From Ptychomitrium polyphyllum (lineage: Eukaryota), in NCBI GenBank assembly GCA_973851085.1, contig OZ316775.1, positions 15,004,001-15,068,000 on the forward strand: DNA of 64,000 nt. The letters are read 5' to 3'. Below are positions 1-12,822 of the stretch, piece by piece (position 1 is the first letter of the stretch; each line of letters begins with the position of its first letter). The notes below the pieces were generated by a model. The model worked only from the letters and a program-made list of their open reading frames with translations, was not told the origin of the DNA and did not search any database. Made by a program: the position numbers and the translations under genes.

Positions 1-3000
1 GGTGGAGTTGGTAAAGAAGGTTGTCCAATCATAGTAGGAACCATTGGACTAGAAACCACAAGAATACGACCATCAAGTCAAGTTTTCTTACTACCTCCAA
101 TCTCTATCTCTTGTTTTATGTTTCCTATCAAAGCTAAAGTGTCAAATGGTAAAATGGTAAGTGAAGCTCTTTTGGACATAGTGTAATGACATGCTTTATG
201 GACAAGGATTTTGCAACCAAACATCACATAGTATCTATGAACAAAAAACATCATGCATTGTTGAAATTATTGATGGATAATCTTTTGCATCTGAAAATTT
301 TATTTAAGAAACTATGCCTTAAAGGTTGTTTTAAGAGACCAACCATCTTAGATTGTCTTCAATATCATTCAATACCAAACAAATCCTATTATCTTGGGCC
401 CTTTTTTGTTTGAATCACATAATTTAAACATTGATTGGCGTTCAAGGAGTGTGGTTTCAAGGAAAAGATGTCAAGGTACAAGAATTCTTGGACCATCATT
501 TATTGGAGCTAAGGCATTCATAAGAGCGGCAAAGGATGAACCAATCTATGTCATTTATGCCACACCAATGTCTGGCTCCATACTAAAAACTAATCAAGGC
601 ATACTCTATTAATCTCGAGATTATAAAGATATCTTTGAAAAAATAAATGCAAACATATTCTTATACAATCCACCTTACAAAGTTATGATTGTGCTATTGA
701 ATTGCCAAAAAAAGCCCAATAATCTTTTGAACCTATTTATAATCTACTACAAACTAAATTAGCAGTTTTGATAAAATATATTGATGAAAACCTTAGAAAA
801 GACTTCATCCAACATTCCTAATCACCTACTTTAACATCTATTCTATTTGAAAAAAAGAAAGATAGATCATTACATATGTGCGTAGACTATTGAGGCCTCA
901 ATAAGGTAACCACAAAGTATCTCTATCCATTACCATTAATTTTGGACTTCTATAACAACTTGGCCAAGCAAAGATATTCACCAAGATCAACCTTAGATGA
1001 ATCTACAATCTCATGCGTATTAAACAAGGAGATGAATAGAAAACAACTCTTTAATTTAAGTATGGCCATTTTGAATACAACATCATACTTTTTGGCCACA
1101 CTAATGCCCTTGTAGTCTTTCAATATATCATGAATGATATCTTTTATGAGCATTTGGACAATTTTGTAGTTATTTATTTGGATGATATTTTGAAATATTC
1201 AAAAAATAAACAAAATTACAAATGTCATGTACAATTGGTTTTTGAAACGATACACCAACAAGGATAAGATGCCAAATTAAAAAGGTGCCGTTTCCATAAA
1301 TCCTTGGTTGAATTATTAATTTCCATCATCTCCAAAAGATGAATCTATATGGATGAGAAGAAAATAAGCATTGTCATAGAATGGAATATTCTAAGATTAA
1401 TTTGAAATGTTCAATGAATCTTAAAATTTGCAAATTTATACAAAATATTCAACATGGATTATTCCAAAAAAATTAATGGCACTTAAAAATGCAATTTATG
1501 AGGAAGCATAACATTCACTTAGAATGAAGAGATAGAAGGAACATAATAAGGTCTTAAAAAATCATTCATGTCAACTCCAATCTTTGTTCATCCAAATCCA
1601 TTAAAACCTTTGTATTTGAAAATAGGTGCTTTAAACTTTGTTCTTGACTAAGTAGTTTCACAATATGAAAAAGATATAAAAATCCACCCTATTGCCTTTT
1701 ATTTTGGGAAGTTTTTAGCGGCAAAGATTAATTATAATATATATGACAAAGAATTACTTGCAATTGTAGATGCGTTTGAAAAATGACAACATTTGTTGGA
1801 AGGAGCTCAATATATCATTAAAATATACATAGACCACATGAACTTGGAATACTTTATGTGTGTGCATGTTTTGAATTTCCATCAAGCAAGGTGGAGTATA
1901 TTTTTTTTTAGATTTGACTTTGTCATTATCTATCAAACTAGTAACCTATAAAGTAAGCTAGAGGCCTCATCTTGAAGATTTTATTTAGCTTTTAAACCTA
2001 GAAACAACGTTTTGGATCAACAAAGGACTATTTTATTGAAGCCATAGAATCTTCAATTGAAAGCAGCAATTATTACCACAGCATTCCATCTTGACAAAAT
2101 TTGGAGGGCCTTGAGGAATGATGTCTTTCTTTCAAATATAAAGAGGCGCCTCAAAAACAATAAAGATCCTTCAAATAATGATGAGGACTTTGAATTCCAA
2201 GAGGGTCTACTTTCTTATAAAGGACTTTTATACTTACCTCCAAGACCTTTATGATTGAAGATTCTTCAAACACTTCATGATTTTCTAGCAGTAGGGCATT
2301 TTGGATTCAATAAAACAATGGGATTAATTGCTAGAAAGTATTGGTGGCCTTAAATGGAGAAATATGTGAAAGACTTTGTTTAATCGTACAACACTTGCGC
2401 AAAGGCCAAGGTATCAAAACACCAACATCATGGTTTTTTCCATCTTCTTCCAATGCCAAAAAGTCTATGGTTGTCATTCTCAATGGATTTTATTACAGAC
2501 TTCTCCAGTTCTCATTCTGAGGACTTTATCTTAATAGTCATGGATTGATTCATCAAGATGGCACATTTCATTCTATGTAATAAGACAATAAAGAGAGAAG
2601 AAACTGCCAAGTTGTTCCTAAATTACATTTACTGCATACGTGAACTACTAAATAATATTGTATATAATTGAGGACTACAGTTCATCTTCAAATTTTGGAG
2701 GGCTCTATTTTAGCTGGTGTGTGTGAAGATCAACCTTTCTTCAATATACCATTTGCAGACTAATGGTCAAATTACACGTTTATATTAAATGTTAGAAGAG
2801 TGTCTTTATTGCAGCATAAGCTACTAGCAAGATTTCTTATCTTTGGCAAAATTTGCTTACAACAATATAATGCATTTTTCAACAACACAACGTCTATTCT
2901 TTGCAAATTATGGCCATCATCCTCAAATAAATCCTTTTCAAGTGAAGCATGTTGGAAGTCCTGTAGCAAAAGATTTTGCAATCCAATTTGCTAAAATCCA

Positions 3001-3520
3001 TCAAGAACTTGCTTTCTAGTTACAACAAGCTTAAAATCAATACAAAAACTATGCAAATTGTCATTGAAATGACTATTTAAAGTTCATGGTTGGAGGTAGC
3101 GTATGCCTTCTGCCACAAAATATATAAACAAAAAAATCATTAAAGAAGCTACACTATCAAAGGCTTGGACCATTTGAAATCATCAAACAAACAAAAATCC
3201 AGTCAGATATCACCTCATACTACCACCAATCATGCAAATTCATCTAGTGGTTTATGTATCTTTGTTGTAATCCTACAATAAATCATGTATATCAAGGAAG
3301 ACTGTCTTTTGCTTCATTTGGTGAAAATCAATAATGGAATGGAGTATGAAGTCAAAAAGATATTAAGTTCACGTAGGAGAAATGGATGTATAAAATACCT
3401 TATATAATAACAAAGATAATGACATCAGTGACCAAACATGGAAACTTTCAATAAATGTGACAAATGTGTCTGACAATGTAGGCAAATTTTATCAAAGATA
3501 TCTTTAAAAATCAAATCATT
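1..3520 (+). mobile_element. Decayed Ty3/Gypsy LTR retrotransposon (chromovirus) pol region: protease-RT-RNase H-integrase-chromodomain, with many stops and frameshifts; left end lies outside the window
   Basis: Motifs in Gypsy order on +: ALLD protease relic (~166), MCVDY*GLNK (~876), IYLDDIL with YLDD at 1175-1186, RNase H NYNIYDKELLAIV (~1730-1770), integrase GHFGFNKT/YWWP (~2295-2350) and MDFITD (~2483), then chromodomain MEYEVKKILSSRRRNG-KYLI...QTW (~3339-3445). Confidence 0.93.
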
Positions 3521-3599
3521 AATGATGTATTGTTAAAAATGAAATAATTTTTGGTTTTACAGAGAAGATTTTTCCATAGAACAAATATCAAAAGGAAAT

Positions 3600-4350
3600 A
3601 ATAATATCCAACCTTCAATTGTATGCAGCAATATCTCCAAGATATATCATCTCTAGATCCTAGCTAATATGTCAAATCTTTGAATTATCATGGATTTGCA
3701 CAAAAGACAATTGACTTTGCCTTCTTCAATGGCAACATTCATTGAACTAATTCAACTTTCTCAACATTCAACACCAAAGGATTTTAGACAAGATATAACA
3801 AAAACATTCCAATACCAAGTGTAACCATATGTAGAAGTATTGGAGAAATTCCTTTTATATTTCAACTTTGATTCACATGCCCAAGTTCTAGTTATCTTAT
3901 TAGAAGTTGGAAGACCTACTCTTGAAGGACCAAAGATTTTATTTGGAAGATTTTCATAGGACTTAATTAACATCAAATGAGCTAGAACTTCAAACAATAG
4001 AAATCTTGGCTTGTCATTATCATTTTTTTTACAATGATCAATTGAATTAGTGGATAAAGAATGTTGAGCAAAATACATTGTTTCTTTTCTTTGATAAATA
4101 TTTGAATTTGTGAAGATATGAATAATAAGCCATAACAAAAGCGCCTTGTAGAACTTGTTGCTAAAAAAAAAGATGATGTCATCGACATAGATTATATAAC
4201 ATAGTCTTTAGAATCTTTTAAAATCTTCTAGTACATTGTAATAACTTCTTAAAGTACTTTCAATGCTTTCATAGCCAATCCACTTCATTAAAAAATTTCT
4301 TATGAAAGTTTTATAAACCTCAAGAATATTCTTAAGCTTCATATGAAACT
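3600..4350 (-). pseudogene. Degenerate antisense coding relic: chromodomain followed by a possible RING finger, probably part of the retroelement
   Basis: Minus strand 4345-4250 reads YEA/(frameshift)KNILEVYKTFIRNFLMKWIGYESIEST, which fits the chromodomain consensus. Minus strand 3829-3757 reads YGYTWYW/(frameshift)CFCYILSKILWC*MLRK, with RING-H2-like spacing. Confidence 0.5.
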
Positions 4351-7303
4351 TCTTTAGAAGTATCCAAGGAAAGAAAAATATTTTTGTATAAAAAGGAGGC
4401 AAAACAAGGTACAATTTGCCAATATAAGGTGTAGATCATATTTATATTATGCCCTTGTACTAGTCTTTGTATTAATTATTATTAATCATTAACCCTTTAA
4501 AGCTAATTCTTAAGAGCCATTTTATATCTAGTTTTTTGTTTCTTATGTTTCCAATAGTTTGGCAATTATGATAGATCTTTTTAATTTAATACTTTGTTTC
4601 ATTTAAAAAAAACTCCTATAAGTAATCATAGACCAAAATTTAATTATTCATCTTAGTTCCTTCTATAATTCCACCTAACAAACTTTTAACATGTTTTATT
4701 TCCAAAATTTTAGGTTCTAATGACTTATAAGACAATCCTTCAAGGCTTAAGCTAAAGATTAAACTGAAAATAAAGCAAAGGTAAAACAAAAGGTAAAGCT
4801 GGGACACACATAGCTCAAAACCATAGACTCTGGATGTATACTATAAACCTGTGCACTCGGAGTGCCCAACAAAAGAGCAGCTCCCGCAGAGGGATTCAAC
4901 GGGAACCAGAGCGCGAAGTCGACGCGCTCCTCCCACGTTCCCCATGCACCGGCGATCTATCCCAGCGCTCGGTTCAAATCGATCTCTATGGATCCGACGG
5001 TCCGTAACGCGCCGTCAGTCAGCAATAGGCCGTAGTTTACGAGGCGAGAGTTGAAATTTGAACTGGAGATTCCGCTTCGAGGGACGATGAAACAACAGTA
5101 GTTTACTGTATTTTCGAGTATGCGACCACTATTAGTGGACCTACCACGGCAAGGACGATGATGCAAAGCTCAGACTATGGGGCTTACATTTCTGATTTGG
5201 GCGCAGCTGCTCACATTACTGTTCATAAGTGATAACTTAGATCAGGTTGTATTTGTGCTTGCCGAGATCAGCTGCAGATCATTTGGTTTGAAGGTTGCAC
5301 TTTCTTCGATCAGGTTCAGTTTGGGAGGCTGGTCACTGGGATCTTGGAAATGAGATTCTGGGGAACATCGAGATGGTCTGAGGGAAGGAGGGTGGAGGTA
5401 AGTATACCTTGATGATGTGTTTATCTTGTTGAGTGTACATCCATCTAGATGTCAAGTTCTTGTTTGGATTGTTTGGATGTGGTTTTGTGGGAGTAAGGGA
5501 CTGTGCATGCTAGGATGATTTCTGAAGATCAATGTAGGCATGTGTAATATGGATCAATGTTGTGAGGTGCCCGGTTTTGTTTTTCCTGAGTCACGGGAAT
5601 GTATCTGGTTTAGGTGGTGTTGTGCGTTCTTTGTTTTGAGGATGAGGACTTTGTCGCTTTGATCTTTTCACATGGAGTTCACATCTGGGCAGTTTGCCAT
5701 GGCCGCGTCTGTCTTTGCATTTAGGCTCAGCGGCTGGCAGTGACGAGGTTGTAGCTAGATGGGGTGGTTTTTGTATACGACGTTTGAGTCTTTTGAGTGT
5801 TACGAGCGAAAGACCACAAGCTGCCTTGTGGTTCATTATTGTTGCATTGCCTGAATTTCAACAACCTGATCCCCCATGCATTTCATACTTTTCAACCTTA
5901 AACCAGTTCTTTGCTGTAGTCGATTCGAGCAGTATCTGTGATGGATTGTTTCTAATTCGGAATGCGGTTCTGTTTGGTGTACAAACCCTTCATTGAGCTT
6001 TGTTGCTTCTCTTCACTCTCTCGCTGATTTTTCTTCGATCCCTTCTAATGAACGTGGCTCGATGGTAAACGTGATGGAATCATTAGGAAGAGAATATGAC
6101 GGGCACTTCATGTAGAGAAAGGAGTTTACATTTCAGCTGGTGGTGTTTAATGTTTGAGCTTTAATGTGGGAACGTTATCTTTCGGCTGTGGGTGCTCTGT
6201 GTGGCTGTTTGTTTAATACATGGAATCACGCTGGGCAGTGGTCGGACTGAATATTGTTCAACCTCGATTGATTTGAGCCGTGATAGAGCTACAAACGCTC
6301 GCGCTCAATTATAGGTTCCTTTGGTCCGTTAGTAGGTACCCCTGCTTATCTTGATTTTTCAAGATGAAAGGCCAAAGGTATCAACAACTGGAAAGTAGCC
6401 TAAATATTTGCTCCTGGAAGTAATGAACTTCTTGTTTCTGAAACTGGCCTAGTTTGCTCAAGAGTTCAAGTAAGTATCAGTGAGGGCAAGTCTCAGCGTT
6501 TCTAATTTAAGCAGCATAACTGAAAGGGCTGATAAGAGTGATGCCTAGTCGCATTTGCTTGTCGTATCTCACTGCGTTATTCGTCCTGTATCATTTTTGC
6601 ACCACCAGATTTTTCTCTCAAGCTTAACTCGTCCATGCCAATTGACGAAATAGCAGGTTGGCAGTCGCAGCTTGTCTACCGGCATGTGTTGGATATTACC
6701 AAAATATACTGGTATTGCTACGCCAATTAATAACTATCTCACGCCTTTAGATTTGTCCTTATACAATTGTGATTTACCTCGCAAGCTACGCTGTAGTATC
6801 TCTTTCGAAGAGAGTTTTTATGTTTAATTATTGTGGAATTAGTGACAACAGTCAGCGTTTGCCTACTGTTGTCACGATAGTTTGGGACACGATATACCCT
6901 TCGCAAGCTTCTGTCTAAGAAGTGCAGTTTGTAGTGACAAGTGTTTTCTCCATTTCTAAATCTTGCTTTCATATTCAATACGAGATATCAATTAATGAGC
7001 CTGCCAAAAGATAATTGTTCACGGAATTTAGATTTCGTCGTTGAGTAATAGTGGGCAGGGTCAAGACCATGCATGCCACATCGGCATTATTCTCCTGTGC
7101 GCGACTTTAGCTTCTCTGGAAAGGGTCTAATTTTCACTGAGGTAAGGAATTATATCTTGGCACATGTTCGTTTTACCTGACATCTGTTTTATTCTCTCTC
7201 TTCAATTGGCAGAGTACTTATGTAGCACCTGGGCTTAATGATCACAAGTCCAGTTTCTCCCGACATTCCTGTATATTGTTTGCATCAAATCCGGCCTAAA
7301 TCT

Positions 7304-9564
7304 ATGGAGAGCGAATTCAGATCTTGCGGAGTGTGTGCACTGAGATGTATCAAGCAGCATGGGGTTGATGCTACCAAGCCTGCATCTTCCCACTTCTCAC
7401 GACCACCCTGTTTCCTATTACCCAGCGTCGACATTTCGAGTGACTGGACGGTGAGCTCTTGCCGTATTGTATTTCTCGACATTTTTTTATTGAGCCTGTC
7501 TTGAATTTATCGAGTTTTAAACCCCAAGCCCATGGATTCATTCAAATTTGTGGTGGTTATTTGTTCTGCAGCCCATTCCTAAGGACTTTGTGGAGGCTCA
7601 CGGTGAAAGTTTGCATGGCACCATTCGCATTCTGGATGCTAATACGAAAGAATGGTCGGTGGAAGTTGGGGGCCGAGGAAAACTCCTGTGCTTCAAAGGC
7701 GGATGGAAGAACTTTGTCGCTACTACCAACTTGAAGCGAGGTGATCAAATGTTATTCTCGCTTGTTTCGAAGACATGCTTTTCTGTGTACGCATTCAACA
7801 AACTGGGTGTGGAGGTGACACCCTCGTCTAGAGTTGCCCCGAAGTGTGCCCCTCTTGTCAACGGTAAACGCAAGAGACAAGAAGTCGAATCTGAACCTGA
7901 GGCAGATGAAAGCGAGTTCTCCAACTCCGAGTCCTCGAACAACAGTGACTCAGAGTACAAGGGTTCTGAAAGTGATGTAGAGTCTCCTCAAAATCCTGAT
8001 GCAGAAATCGTCCCTGAGTTAAATGGCGGAGAAATACTCTCGACCTTAAAACGGAGAGTGACGACAAAGGTCACAGGATCGATGAAGAAGGTGGATTCAA
8101 AGCCCAGTCACAAGAAGAAAGTAATGACGGCATCCTCAAAGGATGGCTTGCATATCGAGCCAGGGTCGATGACAACAACATACGAGTCTCTGCGGGGAGA
8201 GGTTACCCAAGCGGAGCGGGATAGGACAGTGGAAGCTGCTCAATCTTTCGAAACAAAGCATCCAAGTACTCATGTGCTCATGAAGTCCTCGCATGTGTAC
8301 CGTGGGTTCTGGCTGGTAACGCATCTTCTTAGGATCCATCTGTATTCCCTGTTTTCGAAGCAAAATTCCTTGTACTCGTCTCCTTGTCTACAATGTTTAT
8401 CCTACACCTGTATCACTCTGTAAAAGTTTCGATCAATATAAATGTCTTGTTGAACCTGATGGACTTTTGCGGGCACGGTTCATTTTTATATATACGTTGT
8501 GTCTTTTATTTTTATTGCAGCATCAGCAGTTACTAATTTCTATGGCTATTGTGACAATGCAGACCATCCCAGGGAAATTCTCCAGAGAATTCTTGCCTCA
8601 TTATAAAACTGAAGTTGTCCTCCAGGACATTCATGGGTTTGAATGGCCCGCAACGTGGATCACGAACGACCATCACACTGGTTTAAGTGGCGGCTGGGCA
8701 GCTTTTAGTAAGGATCATTGTTTGGAAGAGGGAGATATGTGCATTTACGAAGTTATAGATTCCAGGGACTGGAAAATTCTCGTTCATATATTCAGGGTTG
8801 TCGACGTCGATCTCGTACCTGGGACTCGTGGCGGGTGGGAGAAGACCTATAATATTGTTTATGGGGCCATGATGAACAGGTCAGGGAATACTAAAAACCG
8901 TAGTACTATTAAGAGAAGGTCAGGAAAAAACGTATCTATCTCCGATGAATCTGATGCAGATGCTGGTCCATTGACGAAGTTGTACAAATTAGAAAAGAAA
9001 AGTGATAGCAGTTCAGATATAACAGCAGAGATGATCGATGTCAAGACCGAAATTGTTTCCATGGGCCCTGTCTTGAAGATAGCGAAGGTTAAACTCGAAC
9101 CTGGTGTTGAGCCTACATTAATGAGGGTCAAACAAGAACCTGGTGTTCCTGCAATATGCAATACTAAAAAGGAGAACCCCATTTATTGTGGAGACGTCAA
9201 GCCAACACGAGAATTAAAAACTTCCTCGAATTTGTCTGCATTGCCTCGTGGTCTCATATGTGAGCTCTCTCCAAATATGGAGGAGGCTACCAGTGTTCGA
9301 AGCTCAGCTTCTGTTGTAAAACCTGAATCAGTTGTGATCGAGGCTCTTAGCAACGATGTCAGAAGGGCGTGGTATCCTGTTCTGAAAATGCTTGGCAAGC
9401 GCCAGAATCAAAAGTCACCCGACCTGTATGACCTGTTGGTGACCTTGGTAGGTTGTGTTGTTCGCACATCGGAAAGTAGTTGTGCCTGTGAAGATGGCCT
9501 TGGGAACTGGTGGGTACCGCGCAGTCAATTCTCTTCTGACTTCGCAAACTGCTACATTGACTAG
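7304..9564 (+). CDS. B3-domain (REM-like) DNA-binding protein with two B3 domains, ~630 aa; join(7304..7450,7572..8315,8563..9564); an alternative in-frame ATG lies at 7238
   Basis: B3 motifs PIPKDFV...GGWKNFVATTNLKRGDQMLF and IPGKFSREFLP...LSGGWAAFSKDHCLEEGDMCIYE, plus MKSSHVYRGFWL. GT-AG introns 7451-7571 and 8316-8562 are both phase 0 and keep frame. Probable 5'UTR introns (donors ~5398 and 7142, acceptor 7212). Confidence 0.9.
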
Positions 9565-11078
9565 AGCAATTGGAAGCTCAGTTGTGAGTTCCAATTTGTG
9601 GCATGTGTCAGGATGTTCAAGGCGTCCATGTAATAGGAGCGAAAGGAAGCATGGAAGTTATGAAAGAGACGAAGAGATGCACACAATTCCAGTTACCCAA
9701 GCGGGAGATATGAAATCGTAGGACCTGTGAGAACACATCGAGAGCGTCCCTTTTTATCCTCAGCAGTACTTTTTAGAGGATAGTAACATTTTTCGGACTG
9801 TATCACCTCGGGATTCATGCCCCCATATTTGTCTCGCAACAGATAGCAAGCGCGTCATCAGAACGAGATTAGTCGGCATTGATGACGAAACTCTGGTTTG
9901 TCATGTCCTCTTGGTGACAATACTTGATGAGAACCTTATGTGCCTTTGAAATGGGCCAGTATGTGATTTTGTCCTTTGACTTGAGAATCATCTTGAGAGG
10001 TGGCTATGTTCAGTAGATATTCTGCTTCAGAAATTCGAACGGTGAATCTTCTTGCTGAATGCAGGTCACGCTGGTTATCGGCAACACCAATATCGACGAA
10101 GTCACTGGACAAAATCAAATTCACAAATGTGAGCCAAGCCTCAAACATTTCAAACCATCGATCCTAGCTCCTGGAATGTGGTTTCTCAATTTTTCATGTT
10201 CCTGCTAGAGTGCTAAATTTTCCTCAAATGCAGCCCACAAGAAATCACCAACGCTGGAAGTAAGGACAAAAGAATAAGTTGTCATGGTTCTTTGAGATTA
10301 TAGACTCCCAAGCTGCTGTTAAGGCCGTCTATACGTCTGACACAATTCATCGCTAGTGCTATTCATCGAAAGGCAGATAACCAAAGAGTACCTGTGTGTC
10401 GAAGTGTGACAGAATATAACCTCGAAACAAAATCACTTGAATTTAAGCATAATGAAAACACACTTGCGAGCTATGTTTGTCAGGTTCCATTCTTCGTTCA
10501 CATATTTCCTTAATTGTACATCGTATAGATCTTGCTCGCCCAGGAAGAGAACTCAGTGTAATTGGACCAGTCTCTAATCTGCATTTCTCAATCACTCCCA
10601 TTTTCTTGTCAAAAACTTTCATATGTTCCAATGTGTGTGTAAACAGCAAAATTTGTGAGGTTTCATCAAATAAGCATCTGTACAAGAAAGACATTGCATG
10701 CCAGCAAGCACAACAGCTTGTTAGCTTAATATTGTTGCTTGTTTCCAATATCTCTCGTATGTTATCTCAGTACCTGTACTTGCAACTTCCAAACATTAGG
10801 ACAACAGAGTAGGATTATGAGCGCTACATGCAGGTTTACAGACTCCAAGCTCGAACACTCTCACCAATAGTTCAAAGCTTCGGTGCCATCTCTTGTTCGA
10901 GAACGGTCGAGTTGATCTCAAGTTACACATGCTTCCAACGAAACTCATATAGGTAGTCTTAGAAGCATACCATTTCTATATCGTTTCTAGATTCGAAACT
11001 CAAAGGATATGCCTTTGGTAGACAATCCAGTTTTGGGTACGGTGACGGTTCTTGGTGCGTCTCCCATTACTTCGTGCA

Positions 11079-11261
11079 TTAGGGTTTAAGGTTCTGCACT
11101 CGTTTCAGGAATCTCATTTTGGATCCCCGGGCGAATTTGGGATACAATTCGATGCAAGGAGTCTGAGAGATTCTGTTGCAACTGGGGTTTCAGTGGCGAG
11201 GCAGAGTTCTTGGGGTTTATGAAAGAAGATTGGTTTCTGGTTTCAGGTTTAGGGTTTAAGG
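11079..11261 (+). promoter_or_regulatory. Telo-box-like (TTAGGGTTT / AAACCCTAA) motifs upstream of the RSM22-like gene
   Basis: ttagggttta at 11079-11088 and a degenerate 7-bp run tggtttctggtttcaggtttagggtttaagg at 11231-11261. Telo-boxes are known in plant translation and ribosome-biogenesis genes. Confidence 0.45.
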
Positions 11262-11301
11262 AACCTTGAGAGGATGGAGGAGGTGAGGTGATTGAATCGC
11301 A

Positions 11302-12822
11302 ATGGCGGTGCCGAAGGTGGCAGGGATGGCGCAGCGGACTTTCACGTTGGCGGGGCTACGTGCGGCGTCGTGCCAGACGCAGGGGTTGCTGCGCTTACCC
11401 AGTTCGCTGCAAGCTGCAATTGCTGCGTTCATTGGCGATATTCCAACGCGGGAGGTGAAGCAGAGTGTGGCGCGATTGACGTCCAACATGAAGGCTCGGA
11501 AGGCGGGGAAGATCACAGCGAGCGCGATTGCGGTGGAGGGTTCGGCGGATGCGTGTGCAGCTGTGGATGAGTATTTGGGGAAGACGACCGCGACGCAGGT
11601 GCGTTTGAGTAAAGAGCTTTTCGCCCCTGCGCTGGCGCCTGTTCGGTATGAGTATGATGAGAAGAATGTGGCGGCTTATGTCGCAGCTCGTATGCCGGCT
11701 GTGTATGGTGCTGTGCATCGTGTGCTGTCGGAGGTGGTGACTCGGTTGCCTGATTTTCGCCCCTCGAAGGTCTTGGATTATGGGTCTGGTCCTGGAACTG
11801 TGCTGTGGGCTATACGGGAGGTTTGGCCGGAGGGAGTGGAGCATGTGAATTTGGTTGAGCCGTCGAGAGCCATGGCCACAGCGTGTCGTACTCTCTTGCA
11901 GGATGTGGAGAATCTGCCGCTCATCAAGGTTCATCCCAGCCTTGCTTTGTTTTCTCGAGGTTTGAGAAAAGGTACACGGTGGCATGATCTTGTGATCTCG
12001 TCATACGCTTTGAGTGAATTATTGACACCAGCGGAGCGCACAACCGCTGTCCGTCAGCTGTGGGCTCTCACGGGGGACCTCCTGGTGTTGATTGAGCCTG
12101 GGACGCCGCAAGGCTCCAGCATTGTGCGAGAGATGCGAGCTCACATTCTTCACATGGAAAAGAAGAAGCTGCGGCGGTCTGCTGAAAGCGGCGAGGAGGA
12201 TGTTGACTCTACAGAGAATGCAGCTAGAGGCGCCTTCGTTGTTGCTCCCTGTCCGCACGATGGGCAGTGTCCAATGGACAAAACAAGCAGCTGGTGTCAC
12301 TTCATTCAACGCCTGGAACGGACAACCTCTCAACGTGTGTCCAAGCGACAAAGTAAGCCGACGCCTCTTCGAGCATATGAGGATGAAAAATTTTCTTTCG
12401 TGGTTCTTCGACGCGGCAGTCGTCCTGATGTCCCGTATCCACTGGAAGGACTCACAATTGAGCCATCAGAGGAGGAAGATTTTGAGTTCATAGAGGATCC
12501 GACGAGCAAACTCGATGGGCCTCATGAAGAATCTGAAGACGATGCAAATGAATCAGTGGAGTATGAAGAAGAGGAGGTAGAAGAAGAGGAAGATGATGTA
12601 GTGATAGGAAACAGGATAGCTGATGTTGGTAGCGGGTGGGCTAGGATAGTTAGGACTCCTATACGGCGGGGTCGCCGGACAGTATTAGATTTGTGCGCTG
12701 CAACAGAGAAGGACGGCTCCCGGGGGGCGATCACTCGTGTTGTCTGCTCTCGAAGGGGGCATTCTGCCCCTCTGCACCCTCAAGCTCGAAAGTCGAAATG
12801 GGGAGATCTCTGGCCATGTTGA
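11302..12822 (+). CDS. RSM22: Mitochondrial small-subunit assembly factor RSM22/METTL17-like SAM-binding protein, 506 aa, intronless
   Basis: Uninterrupted ORF with AYVAARMPAVY, VLDYGSGPGT (SAM motif I), LVLIEPGTPQG, APCPHDGQCP...WCHF, YEDEKFSFVV and the C-terminal ARKSKWGDLWP characteristic of Rsm22. Arg/Ala-rich presequence-like N-terminus. Confidence 0.93.
   Translation: MAVPKVAGMAQRTFTLAGLRAASCQTQGLLRLPSSLQAAIAAFIGDIPTREVKQSVARLTSNMKARKAGKITASAIAVEGSADACAAVDEYLGKTTATQVRLSKELFAPALAPVRYEYDEKNVAAYVAARMPAVYGAVHRVLSEVVTRLPDFRPSKVLDYGSGPGTVLWAIREVWPEGVEHVNLVEPSRAMATACRTLLQDVENLPLIKVHPSLALFSRGLRKGTRWHDLVISSYALSELLTPAERTTAVRQLWALTGDLLVLIEPGTPQGSSIVREMRAHILHMEKKKLRRSAESGEEDVDSTENAARGAFVVAPCPHDGQCPMDKTSSWCHFIQRLERTTSQRVSKRQSKPTPLRAYEDEKFSFVVLRRGSRPDVPYPLEGLTIEPSEEEDFEFIEDPTSKLDGPHEESEDDANESVEYEEEEVEEEEDDVVIGNRIADVGSGWARIVRTPIRRGRRTVLDLCAATEKDGSRGAITRVVCSRRGHSAPLHPQARKSKWGDLWPC

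Noticed and set aside
11395..12734. Antisense and alternative-frame ORFs over the RSM22-like gene (likewise over the PPR, B3 and Dof genes)
   Set aside because: Shadow ORFs of GC-rich coding sequence with no motifs.
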